Below, piece after piece: positions 1 to 8,940 of a stretch of 64,000 nt of DNA. How positions within the stretch are numbered: the first letter of the stretch is position 1; every line of letters begins with the position of its first letter. The notes beneath the pieces were generated by a model. That model saw nothing but the letters and a program-made list of their open reading frames with translations, was not told the DNA's origin and searched no databases. Position numbers and translations under genes: made by a program. The stretch is from Candidatus Liptonbacteria bacterium (lineage in GTDB: Bacteria; Patescibacteriota; Minisyncoccia; UBA6257; 2-01-FULL-56-20), in NCBI GenBank assembly GCA_023244895.1, contig JAHFLL010000001.1:553802-617801 (forward strand), given 5' to 3'.

Positions 1-35
1 TTTCTTACTTTTTCGTTGGGATAAAGTCGGGGCAT
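1..35 (-). CDS. fusA: Elongation factor G, N-terminal fragment (runs off window edge)
   Basis: Minus strand reads ATG CCC CGA CTT TAT CCC AAC GAA AAA GTA AGA = MPRLYPNEKVR, resembling EF-G N-termini; directly downstream of rpsL-rpsG (str operon order). Confidence 0.8.
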   Translation of the reverse strand, partial: MPRLYPNEKVR

Positions 36-123
36 ATATTTTTTATAAATTTCTAATTCCTAATTGACCTAATCACTAATAGGAGAATGTTTAATTCGGA
101 TGCATTCGTAAATTCGGATCGCG

Positions 124-591
124 CTATCCGCTGAAGTGAGCAAAAGCGCGATTCGCCTCCGCCATACGGTGCATATCAAGCTTTTTCTTTATGGCCGCGC
201 CTTCGTTCTTGGAAGCGGCTATTATCTCCGCGGCTAATTTCTCCGCCATGGGCTTGCCCTTCTGGGAACGAGCCGCGCCGATAATCCAGCGGCAGGCCAG
301 AACAAATCTACGCTCCGGACGGACCTCGCGTGGAACCTGATAGTTCGCGCCGCCCACACGCTTGGAGGCAACTTCCAAAACCGGAGAGGCGTTAGCCATA
401 GCTTTTTCGAAAATAGAGACTGGCTCCTGTTTGGTTTCCTCTTCTATCTTTTTGAAAGCGTCATAAACCACTCTCTCCGCCACGGATTTCTTGCCGTCAT
501 TCATCACGTAGTTAATAAACCTGCCCAAGTCAATACGGCTATGAATTATATCTGCCTTATAATGCTTTTTGTAAACTCTCTTTTTTCTCAT
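124..591 (-). CDS. rpsG: 30S ribosomal protein S7
   Basis: GKKSVAE, RVGGANYQVP and HRMAEANRAFAH motifs. Confidence 0.98.
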   Translation of the reverse strand: MRKKRVYKKHYKADIIHSRIDLGRFINYVMNDGKKSVAERVVYDAFKKIEEETKQEPVSIFEKAMANASPVLEVASKRVGGANYQVPREVRPERRFVLACRWIIGAARSQKGKPMAEKLAAEIIAASKNEGAAIKKKLDMHRMAEANRAFAHFSG

Positions 592-596
592 ATTGC

Positions 597-1013
597 TTAT
601 GCCTTCTTGGCTCTTTTCGCGCCGTATTTAGACCTCTGTTGTTTTCTGTTCGCCACTCCGGTTGTGTCTAGCACGCCACGTACTACGTGGTAACGGACGC
701 CCGGCAAATCTTTAACGCGCCCTCCGCGAATAACCACAATGGAGTGCTCCTGCAGGTTGTGGCCTTCGCCCGGAATGTAAGCGGTTACTTCCATACCGTT
801 CGTAAGACGCACGCGGCAAACTTTACGCAAAGCGGAGTTCGGCTTTTTGGGAGTAGTGGTAAAAACTTTGAGACACACCCCCCGCTTGAAGGGCGAAGGC
901 GAATCTACGGGAGCATTTTTTATAGTATTGAAATAGTAAGACAAAGCCGGCGATTTGGTCTTCGCCTTAACGGTATGACGTCCTTTCTTAATGAGTTGAT
1001 GAATAGTAGGCAT
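597..1013 (-). CDS. rpsL: 30S ribosomal protein S12
   Basis: [12 protein letters not shown] and [12 protein letters not shown] motifs. Confidence 0.99.
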   Translation of the reverse strand: MPTIHQLIKKGRHTVKAKTKSPALSYYFNTIKNAPVDSPSPFKRGVCLKVFTTTPKKPNSALRKVCRVRLTNGMEVTAYIPGEGHNLQEHSIVVIRGGRVKDLPGVRYHVVRGVLDTTGVANRKQQRSKYGAKRAKKA

Positions 1014-1080
1014 CGTTACAAAACTAAGCGCCTCCTTGGAGGCAGAGCAATTCTAAATCAAAAAGCGCTTTTGTGTCAAC

Positions 1081-1725
1081 TTATAGCCCACCAAACAATG
1101 CGCCCGCGACCGACCGACCGACTATTGCTATAAAGGAATTTGTAACCGCGTAGTCAATCACGAAAGAAAAGAAATATATGAATACAAATATTATGGCTAT
1201 TCCATAAAAACCAAGTCTTTCCATGACCATGGTCCAGCGCCGTGGCAAAATTAAATTCAATATTTGGGAACCGTCCAAGGGTGGGATGGGTAGTAGATTA
1301 AAAATGGCTAGACTGATATTTATCAAAACTATAATAGCTAAAAGCCAGACAAAGCCCGCGGGTAGATAGAATGCTCCAAAACGCACCAACATTCCGAAAA
1401 TCAGAGCCATTAAAATATTGGAAAGCGGACCGGCTAACGCAACTTTAAGCGGACCGTATTTGGGGTCGCGCAAATTATAAGGATTATATGGCACAGGCTT
1501 GGCCCAGCCGATCATAATCGGAGAGTTGCTAAAAAATAAGAGCAGTGGCAAAAGTATTGAGCCGAACATATCTATGTGCTTTAGAGGGTTAAAGGTTAGT
1601 CGCCCGGCTAAACGCGCGGTCGGGTCCCCTAGCTTCTCCGCCACGTATCCGTGCGAAACCTCATGCACCATTACGGACACGATTAAAACTATAAATTGGA
1701 ATATTTTGAACTCAAATCCAGTCAT
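1081..1725 (-). CDS. Site-2 protease, peptidase M50 family
   Basis: HEVSH zinc motif, FNLLPIPPLDG motif, several TM segments. Confidence 0.93.
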   Translation of the reverse strand: MTGFEFKIFQFIVLIVSVMVHEVSHGYVAEKLGDPTARLAGRLTFNPLKHIDMFGSILLPLLLFFSNSPIMIGWAKPVPYNPYNLRDPKYGPLKVALAGPLSNILMALIFGMLVRFGAFYLPAGFVWLLAIIVLINISLAIFNLLPIPPLDGSQILNLILPRRWTMVMERLGFYGIAIIFVFIYFFSFVIDYAVTNSFIAIVGRSVAGALFGGL

Positions 1726-1741
1726 GGGCGTATATTCTACA

Positions 1742-2341
1742 CTATATCTTCTTGGTTATCACGCTCTTTCTAACCCTGCCTTTCATCTCTTTCTCTAACA
1801 TGGCGTCGCTCACTTTCGCGTAATCGCCCAATCTGCCCATGGCGATAACTACAGTTGGCACATTTTCCGCGGGTATTTTGAGCAGTTTCACAATCCCGTC
1901 GCGATCGAACATACCCATTTGGCGGGAATATATACCCAAAGACTGCGCCTCCACAATAGCGGCCATTACCGCCAAGCCCAAGTCGTGCGCGGCGAACTTA
2001 TTCTCGCCGTTCGGGCAGTGTTCGCAACGCGGGATGCGACAGGCCACCACTAAGAGCGGTGCTGTTTCCGCCCACTGATTGCGCTCCGACAAACAAGTAA
2101 CAATTTTTTTGTAAGACGCGGTCCCTTTGTGCGCCCAGTAGAAAAACCAAGGTTGGTGATTGTAACCCGATGGCGCCCAACGCGAAGCCTCAAAAATAGA
2201 CTTGATTTCTTTTTCGCTGAGCCGTTTTGCCGAGAAAAGAGTAGGGCTGAAGCGATCGCGGAGCGTCTTCGTTATCGGCGACTTGAGGCTTGGCCTCTTA
2301 AGCTTGAGCATCTTGCCCGTCGTCATTCCTTCCATCTTCAT
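1742..2341 (-). CDS. Nitroreductase family flavoprotein
   Basis: RFSP and ASRWAPSGYNHQPW motifs, HDLGLA; exact start uncertain. Confidence 0.9.
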   Translation of the reverse strand: MKMEGMTTGKMLKLKRPSLKSPITKTLRDRFSPTLFSAKRLSEKEIKSIFEASRWAPSGYNHQPWFFYWAHKGTASYKKIVTCLSERNQWAETAPLLVVACRIPRCEHCPNGENKFAAHDLGLAVMAAIVEAQSLGIYSRQMGMFDRDGIVKLLKIPAENVPTVVIAMGRLGDYAKVSDAMLEKEMKGRVRKSVITKKI

Positions 2342-2351
2342 GCTTATGATT

Positions 2352-2921
2352 CTAATTCAAAGCCTTAAACGAGTTTTTTATTATCTGGTCCACCTCCTCG
2401 TAGCCCAGAGAAAAAGCATAGTTATATCTGGCAGGTAAGGCAAAAACATATTTTGAATTTTTACCGAGACCGCTCGGACCGATCGGCGCCGCGCCGATAT
2501 GGAAGCTTTCTTTATTGATACCCGCCCATTGCTCCGGCGTGAAGACCATCACAGGAATGTCCTGCCGGGGATTCGCTTCCGTCCACTCCGGATGCCTTAC
2601 TTTAAACAGAGGACCCCTTTCCACCACCACATCTCCCTTGCCCTCTACATATCTATATCCCTTCCACTCCTCATTTATTATGGAATATCCCTTCCAGCTA
2701 GACGGCAAGTTTATGGCAAAACCATAATCAGTGTTGCGATATTCAATTATTCCGGGCTGGATAGATGTCGGACCCTCGGTTGAGCTACTCGCCAGACCGC
2801 CTTCGCCAGCCGGAACACTTCCATCCCTAGCTATCTGATACCGTTCCACGAACTTGAAGAAGCCGATTAGCGCGATAAGCGCCACCAAACCGTAGATTAT
2901 TTTAAGGGTACTCTTATTCAT
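2352..2921 (-). CDS. Membrane-anchored hypothetical protein (PsbP-like YRNTDYGFAINLP motif)
   Basis: N-terminal TM helix; TATAAT just upstream of ATG. Confidence 0.7.
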   Translation of the reverse strand: MNKSTLKIIYGLVALIALIGFFKFVERYQIARDGSVPAGEGGLASSSTEGPTSIQPGIIEYRNTDYGFAINLPSSWKGYSIINEEWKGYRYVEGKGDVVVERGPLFKVRHPEWTEANPRQDIPVMVFTPEQWAGINKESFHIGAAPIGPSGLGKNSKYVFALPARYNYAFSLGYEEVDQIIKNSFKALN

Positions 2922-2942
2922 ATATATGGAAATTATAACATT

Positions 2943-3051
2943 GTGCGCCCGGAGGGACGTCTCACGTCGCTACGCTCCTGGGAACCAGGCGGTTCCCAGC
3001 CTCCGCAGTTGGGAAATTACCGTTTCCCAAACCCTTTCCGTTCGAGTCCAA
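2943..3051 (-). mobile_element. tRNA-associated structured mini-element bounded by a 16-bp duplication of the tRNA-Arg 3' end
   Basis: gtgcgcccggagggac at 2943-2958 and 3052-3067; internal hairpins at 2978-2999 and 3009-3030. Confidence 0.6.
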
Positions 3052-3052
3052 G

Positions 3053-3126
3053 TGCGCCCGGAGGGACTCGAACCCCCAACCCCTTGGTTCGAAGCCAAGT
3101 ACTCTATCCAGTTGAGCTACGGGCGC
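3053..3126 (-). tRNA. tRNA-Arg(UCG)
   Basis: GCGCCCG acceptor stem, anticodon arm CTTGG-CT TCG AA-CCAAG, GTTCGAGTC T-loop; CCA not encoded. Confidence 0.96.
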
Positions 3127-3166
3127 AGTGTTTCAATATTATCTTAGTTATATCGCCCGAGCAAAC

Positions 3167-3195
3167 TTGACTAAACATCAATTTAATAATATAAA
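3167..3195 (+). promoter_or_regulatory. Sigma70-type promoter of the orphan gene
   Basis: TTGACT-17 nt-TATAAA. Confidence 0.65.
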
Positions 3196-3251
3196 TTGCC
3201 CAGCACCGCATGGGGCGGGCTAATCAACTCCTGTGCTGGGAGGAGACATAG

Positions 3252-3596
3252 ATGGCGAAGAATGCGGAAGCGCGGAAAAGGTCAAGAGACAAGAACGAGG
3301 CGCTCTTCCTCGTGCAGATCGCACTGAGCAATAGGGGTACCGCAACAGAACGGGGTGCTGTCCAGAAGATGCGAAGGATGGCGAAAGATCCCGAAGTTGA
3401 GGCGCTTCTTCGTCGGAGACTGAGCGACTCGGCCGCCAATCACAAGCCAAGCTTCAGCGAGGGACGCGGAGAGGAAGCGAAGGGCGGCTCGCGCGCCAAA
3501 GAAATCGAGCGCCGTCTGGCGGCAGAGGTGGCCCGACGCCTGCACGTGAACATCACCTTCGTCGAGATCGACATGGAGATGTTCCCGGAGGACTAG
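3252..3596 (+). CDS. Orphan hypothetical protein, 114 aa, GC-rich
   Basis: AGGAG SD at 3241-3245, own promoter and terminator hairpin. Confidence 0.7.
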   Translation: MAKNAEARKRSRDKNEALFLVQIALSNRGTATERGAVQKMRRMAKDPEVEALLRRRLSDSAANHKPSFSEGRGEEAKGGSRAKEIERRLAAEVARRLHVNITFVEIDMEMFPED

Positions 3597-3611
3597 CTTG
3601 AGAGCAATAGA

Positions 3612-3639
3612 GGCCGGGGCGCGCAACGTCGCCCCGGCT
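3612..3639 (+). terminator. GC-rich hairpin, probable terminator
   Basis: ggccggggcg / cgccccggct stem after the stop codon. Confidence 0.55.
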
Positions 3640-3707
3640 CTCCAACTTTTACATATCCACCCTTTGCAGTTTTTTTCGTTTTTTTATAAAATGTAGCGGT
3701 TAATAAT

Positions 3708-3780
3708 GCACCCATAGCTCAGCTGGTAGAGCAGCTCCCTCTTAAGGAGACGGTCCGAGGTTCGATCCCTCGTGGGTGCA
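3708..3780 (+). tRNA. tRNA-Lys(CUU)
   Basis: GCACCCA/TGGGTGC acceptor stem, loop CT CTT AA, GTTCGATC T-loop. Confidence 0.95.
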
Positions 3781-3836
3781 CCCCAAAATCCAGAAAGTAG
3801 AACGTAGCAGGTAGAATGTAGAACCTACCAATAAGA

Positions 3837-6002
3837 ATGCTCGAACTAAATACCCCCCTTGAAGCATTGCCTAGCGTCGGACCAAAGTTTTGGCAAAAAT
3901 TCAAACGCCTAGGATTAGATACTGTCCAGGATCTTTTATTTAACTTCCCTGTTCGCTATGAAGATTTTTCGGAAATATATCGCATTGATGATTTAGAGCC
4001 CGGTCAACAAGCCACTATCCAGGGCATTGTGGAAGAGGTGGATATTCGTCACACCTGGAAAAAGAATCTAACCATAGTTGAAGCCCGTATCCGGGATGAG
4101 TCCGGTAGTATCCGCGCGGTTTGGTTTAATCAGCCTTACGTCAAAAACGTTTTACGTCCCGGCAAGTTGGCAAATTTTTCCGGCAAGGTTTCTGTCTCAG
4201 AAGAAGATATTTATCTTAGCCATCCCACCTACGAACTGGTCAGTTTCCGCGAAACACGCCACACCGCCCGCCTGGTTCCGGTTTATCCCGAGACCAAGGG
4301 TTTAACTTCCAAGGGTATCCGTTTCGTAGTCCAACCAGTTTTAGCAAACTTAGGACCCTTAGGTGATTGGCTACCGGAAGAGATTCGCGAATCACGCGAC
4401 TACCCGGCTCTAGACAAAGCCCTGCACGACATACACTTCCCGAATAAAATGGAAGACGCAGAGCGTGCTCAAAAAAGATTTGCATTTGAGGATTTGTTTC
4501 TCCTGCAACTGCTTAACTTGCGCCAGAAACTTAAGTTGGCCCAAGAAAAAGCTCCGCCCGTAGAAATAGAACTGCCAGAATTAAAAAAATTGCTGGGCTA
4601 TTTGCCTTTTGAACTAACCACATCTCAAAAACGCTCCCTTTGGGAAGTGGTGCAGGATATAGCGAGACCCAGACCCATGAACCGTCTTCTGCAGGGCGAC
4701 GTAGGTTCCGGTAAAACCGCGGTCGCGGCACTCGCCGCCATGGTTGCCGCGCGCAAGGGATATCAGACCGCCGTTATGGCGCCCACCGAGGTTCTGGCCG
4801 GACAACATTTTGAAACTTTTCGGAAATTGTTGAAACGGCTACCCGCGAGCAAACAGCCCACGCTCGCGATTATGACCGCTCACCAAAATAAAATTGTCTA
4901 CGAAAGCGACCTGGAATCGGAAATAAAAAAGAAAGAGCTACAACAAGCGATTAAGAAGGGCGAGGCGAAGATAATTATCGGCACCCACGCGCTCATTCAA
5001 AAATCGGTCAGCTTCAAAAAGTTGGGGTTGGTTGTGATAGATGAGCAACATCGCTTCGGAGTAGACCAAAGAGCCAAGCTGACTCAAACCACCAGCTTGC
5101 CCGGTAAGAAAAAATATGTTGCCGGAGGCAAAAATCTTCTGCCGCATTTTTTGAGCATGTCCGCTACTCCCATCCCTCGCACGTTAATGCTAACCGTCTT
5201 CGGCGACTTGGACATTTCTACTATTGACGAGCTGCCCGCCGGACGCAAACCAATTTTAACCAAGATCGTCTCCCCGGAAAATAGAATTAAGGCGTATGGC
5301 TTTATTAAAGGACAAATCCAAAAGGGCAGACAAGCTTTCGTAATTTGTCCGCGCATAGATCCGCCCGAATCAGACCCGAATAAAAAACCGGATCCGCGCC
5401 AGGCCAAGCTCTGGGAAGTAAAATCTGTCAAAGAAGAATATCAAAAGCTTAAAGAAAAAATATTTCCGGAGTTTAGGGTGGCAATGCTCCATGGACAACT
5501 CAAGAGCGCGGAGAAGGAACAGATTATGAAGGACTTTCGACAGGGCAAGACGGATATATTGGTTTCCACTTCCGTGATAGAGGTAGGAGTGGACGTGCCG
5601 AACGCCACCATTATGATGATTGAAGGTGCGGACCGGTTCGGCTTGGCGCAGTTGTATCAATTTCGGGGCAGAGTCGGACGGGGCGAGCACCAATCTTTCT
5701 GCTTTTTATTCACCGAGTCTAAGACTCGCTCCACCGCGGAGCGCCTTAAGGCCATAGTTACCGCAAAGAGCGGCTTTGAGCTGGCAGAGCGCGACCTGGA
5801 ACTGCGGGGGCCGGGCGAATTTATAGGTCAGAAGCAAACTGGCCTGCCGGATATAGCCATGCGCGGTCTTCAGGACGCAGCCCTTATAAAAGATAGCCGT
5901 CAGGCAGCAGTGGAGGTGCTTAAAAAACACCCGTCTTTGGAGGCCTATCCCCTGCTTAAAGCGAAAACAGACGAGTTCCAAGCTCGTATTCATCTGGAGT
6001 AG
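3837..6002 (+). CDS. recG: ATP-dependent DNA helicase RecG
   Basis: MNRLLQGDVGSGKT, IDEQHRFG, MSATPIPRT and QFRGRVGRG motifs, N-terminal wedge domain. Confidence 0.97.
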   Translation: MLELNTPLEALPSVGPKFWQKFKRLGLDTVQDLLFNFPVRYEDFSEIYRIDDLEPGQQATIQGIVEEVDIRHTWKKNLTIVEARIRDESGSIRAVWFNQPYVKNVLRPGKLANFSGKVSVSEEDIYLSHPTYELVSFRETRHTARLVPVYPETKGLTSKGIRFVVQPVLANLGPLGDWLPEEIRESRDYPALDKALHDIHFPNKMEDAERAQKRFAFEDLFLLQLLNLRQKLKLAQEKAPPVEIELPELKKLLGYLPFELTTSQKRSLWEVVQDIARPRPMNRLLQGDVGSGKTAVAALAAMVAARKGYQTAVMAPTEVLAGQHFETFRKLLKRLPASKQPTLAIMTAHQNKIVYESDLESEIKKKELQQAIKKGEAKIIIGTHALIQKSVSFKKLGLVVIDEQHRFGVDQRAKLTQTTSLPGKKKYVAGGKNLLPHFLSMSATPIPRTLMLTVFGDLDISTIDELPAGRKPILTKIVSPENRIKAYGFIKGQIQKGRQAFVICPRIDPPESDPNKKPDPRQAKLWEVKSVKEEYQKLKEKIFPEFRVAMLHGQLKSAEKEQIMKDFRQGKTDILVSTSVIEVGVDVPNATIMMIEGADRFGLAQLYQFRGRVGRGEHQSFCFLFTESKTRSTAERLKAIVTAKSGFELAERDLELRGPGEFIGQKQTGLPDIAMRGLQDAALIKDSRQAAVEVLKKHPSLEAYPLLKAKTDEFQARIHLE

Positions 6003-6237
6003 CCGCTCCGGTCCAAGCAGAACCCGAAGTTCGCCGAGAATAGGCTCGGTTTGGTCTAAAAATCTGTCGCAAAAGACAGGTTTATATAAATTTATTGCCT
6101 ATTTTATAAAGTGTGTTGCGCTTAGTGATTTTGGGGATAAGTGCCCTATTCTTGTAATATCCTATTTTGAGTAAAATGAAGAAACCGAAATAAATCCCGC
6201 GCATAGTCGCAACCGCGCGGAGTTTCTAAAAGACAAG

Positions 6238-8532
6238 ATGACCAACACCAACCACCACTTCAAGCAGGTTCGCAAAAGGGACGGAAATTTAACCGACTTC
6301 GACCAAAATAAAATCACAAACGCGATCGCGAAAGCGATGCGCGCGGCGGAAGAAGGCGACGCATTGAATGACGCGGAGAAAGTTTCCGATCAAGTGGTGT
6401 CTGCTTTGGTGTTGCGCTACCCGGAAGAATACATTCCTTCCATTGAAGAGGTGCAAGACATCGCGGAGGAGCAACTTATCGCCGCGAATTTTTCTAAAAC
6501 AGCAAAGCACTACATTTTATACCGCAATGAGCGCGCCAAGGCTCGCTCCGAAAGAAAAGACATCCCTTCGCATGTGCGAGAACTGGCAATAGAGAGCAAA
6601 AAATATTTCCGTAATCCATTGGCGGAGTTTGTTTACTATCGCACCTACTCCCGCTGGATAGACGAAGAGAGCCGGCGCGAAACTTGGATTGAAACCGTAG
6701 ATCGTTACGTGGATTTTATGCGCGAGAATCTCGGAAACAAACTTACCGCGGAAGAATACGCGGAAGTTAGAAACACGATTTTGAATCAGGAAGCAATGCC
6801 ATCCATGCGTCTTCTGCAATTCGCGGGTACTGCCGCGCGCACTTCTAATGTTGCTGCGTACAACTGCTCTTTTACCGCACCGACTAAAATCCAAGACTTC
6901 GCGGAAATAGTTTACATCTCTATGTGTGGAACGGGCGTGGGTTTTTCAGTGGAAAGCAAATACGTACAACAGTTGCCCCAGATAAAAAGGCAAACCGGCG
7001 AGAAATTGGAAGCTTACGTTATCCCCGACTCCAAAGAGGGCTGGGCGGACTCGCTCGCTTTCGGTATGCAAACTTGGTACGACGGTAAAGATGTGGATTT
7101 TGACTTCTCGCAACTGCGGCCCGCCGGTGCGCGCCTTAAAACTATGGGTGGAAAAAGTTCCGGACCGGAACCTCTGCGCCAGTTACTGTCCTTCGCGCGC
7201 GCGAAAATTCTAAAACGCCAAGGGCGACGCCTTACTAATTTAGACGCGCACGATATCATCTGCAAAATTGGCGAGATAGTTGTCTCGGGTGGCGTGCGCA
7301 GGAGCGCGCTTATCTCGCTCTCCGATTTGGACGATACTGAAATACGCGACAGTAAGAAGGGTCAGTTCTATTTGAACGAACCCCAGCGCAGTTTAGCCAA
7401 CAACTCCGCGGTCTACGAGCAGAAACCCACCACCGCCGAATTCATGGAAGAATGGGTAGCCTTGATGAAAAGTGGCAGTGGCGAGCGCGGCATATTCAAC
7501 CGCGGAGGATTGGCGCAAACCCTACCGGAAAGGCGCCTCAAAGCATTGAATGGCTACGTGGGCGACCTAGGCACGAATCCTTGCGGAGAAATAATCCTGC
7601 AAACCAAGCAGTTCTGTAACTTATCGGAGGTAGTGGCCCGCGCGGAAGACACGCTTGAAACCCTGCTCAGAAAAATCAGAGTCGCAACGATACTCGGCAC
7701 CTATCAGGCCACCCTCACGGACTTCAAATATCTTTCCAAAGAATGGAAGGAACATTGCGACACAGAAAAACTACTGGGAGTCTCAATCACTGGTCAGTGG
7801 GATTGCCCGGTGGTACGCGATGCGGGAACGTTACAAAAACTCAAAGAAGAAACTATCAAAATAAATAAGGAATATTCGGAACGTTTCGGAGTCAACCAGT
7901 CCACCTGCATCACCACCACTAAACCCTCCGGCAACTTGTCTCAGACCGTGGACTCTTCTTCTGGAATGCATCCGCGCCATTCCGAGTATTATATCCGTCG
8001 CGTGCGCATCGCCAGAACTGATTCTTTATTTGAAATGTTAAAAGACCAGGGCGTGCCCTATCATCCGGAAGTCGGACAAACGATGGATAACGCCAGCACT
8101 TTCGTAATTGATTTTCCGGTTAAGTCCCCAGAGGGAGCCATCTTTAAAAATGACCTGACCGCCACCGAACAGTTAGAGCACTGGAAATTAGTTAAAACTA
8201 ATTACACCGAGCATAACCCATCCGTCACAATTTCCATCGGTGAAGACGAATGGCTCAAGGTGGCGAATTGGGTGTATGAAAACTGGGAGATAGTGGGTGG
8301 TCTGTCTTTTCTGCCTCGTGACAATCATATTTATCAATTAGCGCCTTACGAAGAGATAAATAGCGCTCAGTACGAAGAGCTGGTGACTAAATTCAAGGAC
8401 CTGGACTTCTCTAAGATCGTGGCTTACGAGCACGAGGATGAAACCAATCGCCGAATGGAGCTGGCTTGCGCGGGTGGAGTGTGCGCGGTAGATGATTTAG
8501 CGGTAGGCAAAGATTCTTCCGCTAATAAATAA
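6238..8532 (+). CDS. nrdJ: Class II (adenosylcobalamin-dependent) ribonucleotide reductase with N-terminal ATP cone
   Basis: VRKRDG ATP cone, YNCSF, GGVRRSA, TNPCGEI, KPSG, C-terminal CAGGVC; no beta-subunit gene adjacent. Confidence 0.88.
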   Translation: MTNTNHHFKQVRKRDGNLTDFDQNKITNAIAKAMRAAEEGDALNDAEKVSDQVVSALVLRYPEEYIPSIEEVQDIAEEQLIAANFSKTAKHYILYRNERAKARSERKDIPSHVRELAIESKKYFRNPLAEFVYYRTYSRWIDEESRRETWIETVDRYVDFMRENLGNKLTAEEYAEVRNTILNQEAMPSMRLLQFAGTAARTSNVAAYNCSFTAPTKIQDFAEIVYISMCGTGVGFSVESKYVQQLPQIKRQTGEKLEAYVIPDSKEGWADSLAFGMQTWYDGKDVDFDFSQLRPAGARLKTMGGKSSGPEPLRQLLSFARAKILKRQGRRLTNLDAHDIICKIGEIVVSGGVRRSALISLSDLDDTEIRDSKKGQFYLNEPQRSLANNSAVYEQKPTTAEFMEEWVALMKSGSGERGIFNRGGLAQTLPERRLKALNGYVGDLGTNPCGEIILQTKQFCNLSEVVARAEDTLETLLRKIRVATILGTYQATLTDFKYLSKEWKEHCDTEKLLGVSITGQWDCPVVRDAGTLQKLKEETIKINKEYSERFGVNQSTCITTTKPSGNLSQTVDSSSGMHPRHSEYYIRRVRIARTDSLFEMLKDQGVPYHPEVGQTMDNASTFVIDFPVKSPEGAIFKNDLTATEQLEHWKLVKTNYTEHNPSVTISIGEDEWLKVANWVYENWEIVGGLSFLPRDNHIYQLAPYEEINSAQYEELVTKFKDLDFSKIVAYEHEDETNRRMELACAGGVCAVDDLAVGKDSSANK

Positions 8533-8549
8533 TAAGAAGAATTTACCCT

Positions 8550-8586
8550 AACCAAAAAAACCGCGCGCATGGCGGTTTTTTTGGTT
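8550..8586 (+). terminator. Intrinsic terminator after nrdJ
   Basis: aaccaaaaaaaccgc / gcggtttttttggtt inverted repeat. Confidence 0.8.
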
Positions 8587-8681
8587 AAATGATAGACTTC
8601 TCCTCATCCAATAAGGTCCACACGGCAAATACGGCCAGCGGACCTGGATCCAACCGAAAGGTCAAAAACACTATTAAAGAC

Positions 8682-8873
8682 ATGGCAAATCAACAAGATT
8701 ACCAAGGACAGACTCAATGGTTTGAGGGCGACTGGAAGTGCAAGGATTGTGGACAGGCGATAACCAAACTGCCCTTCAAGCCAGACGAAAACAGGCTAGG
8801 CGAGTTGCGCTGTCGCGACTGCCACTCCAAAAATCGTCCCCCAGCGCGAGGCGGTTTCCGCGGAGGTCGATAG
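8682..8873 (+). CDS. Small zinc-ribbon protein (CxxC-x17-CxxC-like family) with RGG tail
   Basis: WKCKDCG...LPFKP...CRDCH then RGGFRGGR; ATG at 8682 preferred over 8589. Confidence 0.85.
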   Translation: MANQQDYQGQTQWFEGDWKCKDCGQAITKLPFKPDENRLGELRCRDCHSKNRPPARGGFRGGR

Positions 8874-8887
8874 AAGTTTCGCTACAT

Positions 8888-8920
8888 AATTCAAAACCCC
8901 CTTAATGGGGGTTTTGAATT
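8888..8920. terminator. Bidirectional intrinsic terminator
   Basis: aattcaaaaccccc / gggggttttgaatt between convergent genes. Confidence 0.85.
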
Positions 8921-8940
8921 TAAACTTGTTCCTCTCTGGT

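Noticed and set aside
2943-3780. Prophage or integrative island at the tRNA pair
   Set aside because: The duplicated ends are only 109 bp apart and no integrase or phage genes are present
6003-6237. Cobalamin riboswitch or NrdR boxes upstream of nrdJ
   Set aside because: Only short generic hairpins; no B12-box and no convincing tandem NrdR palindromes
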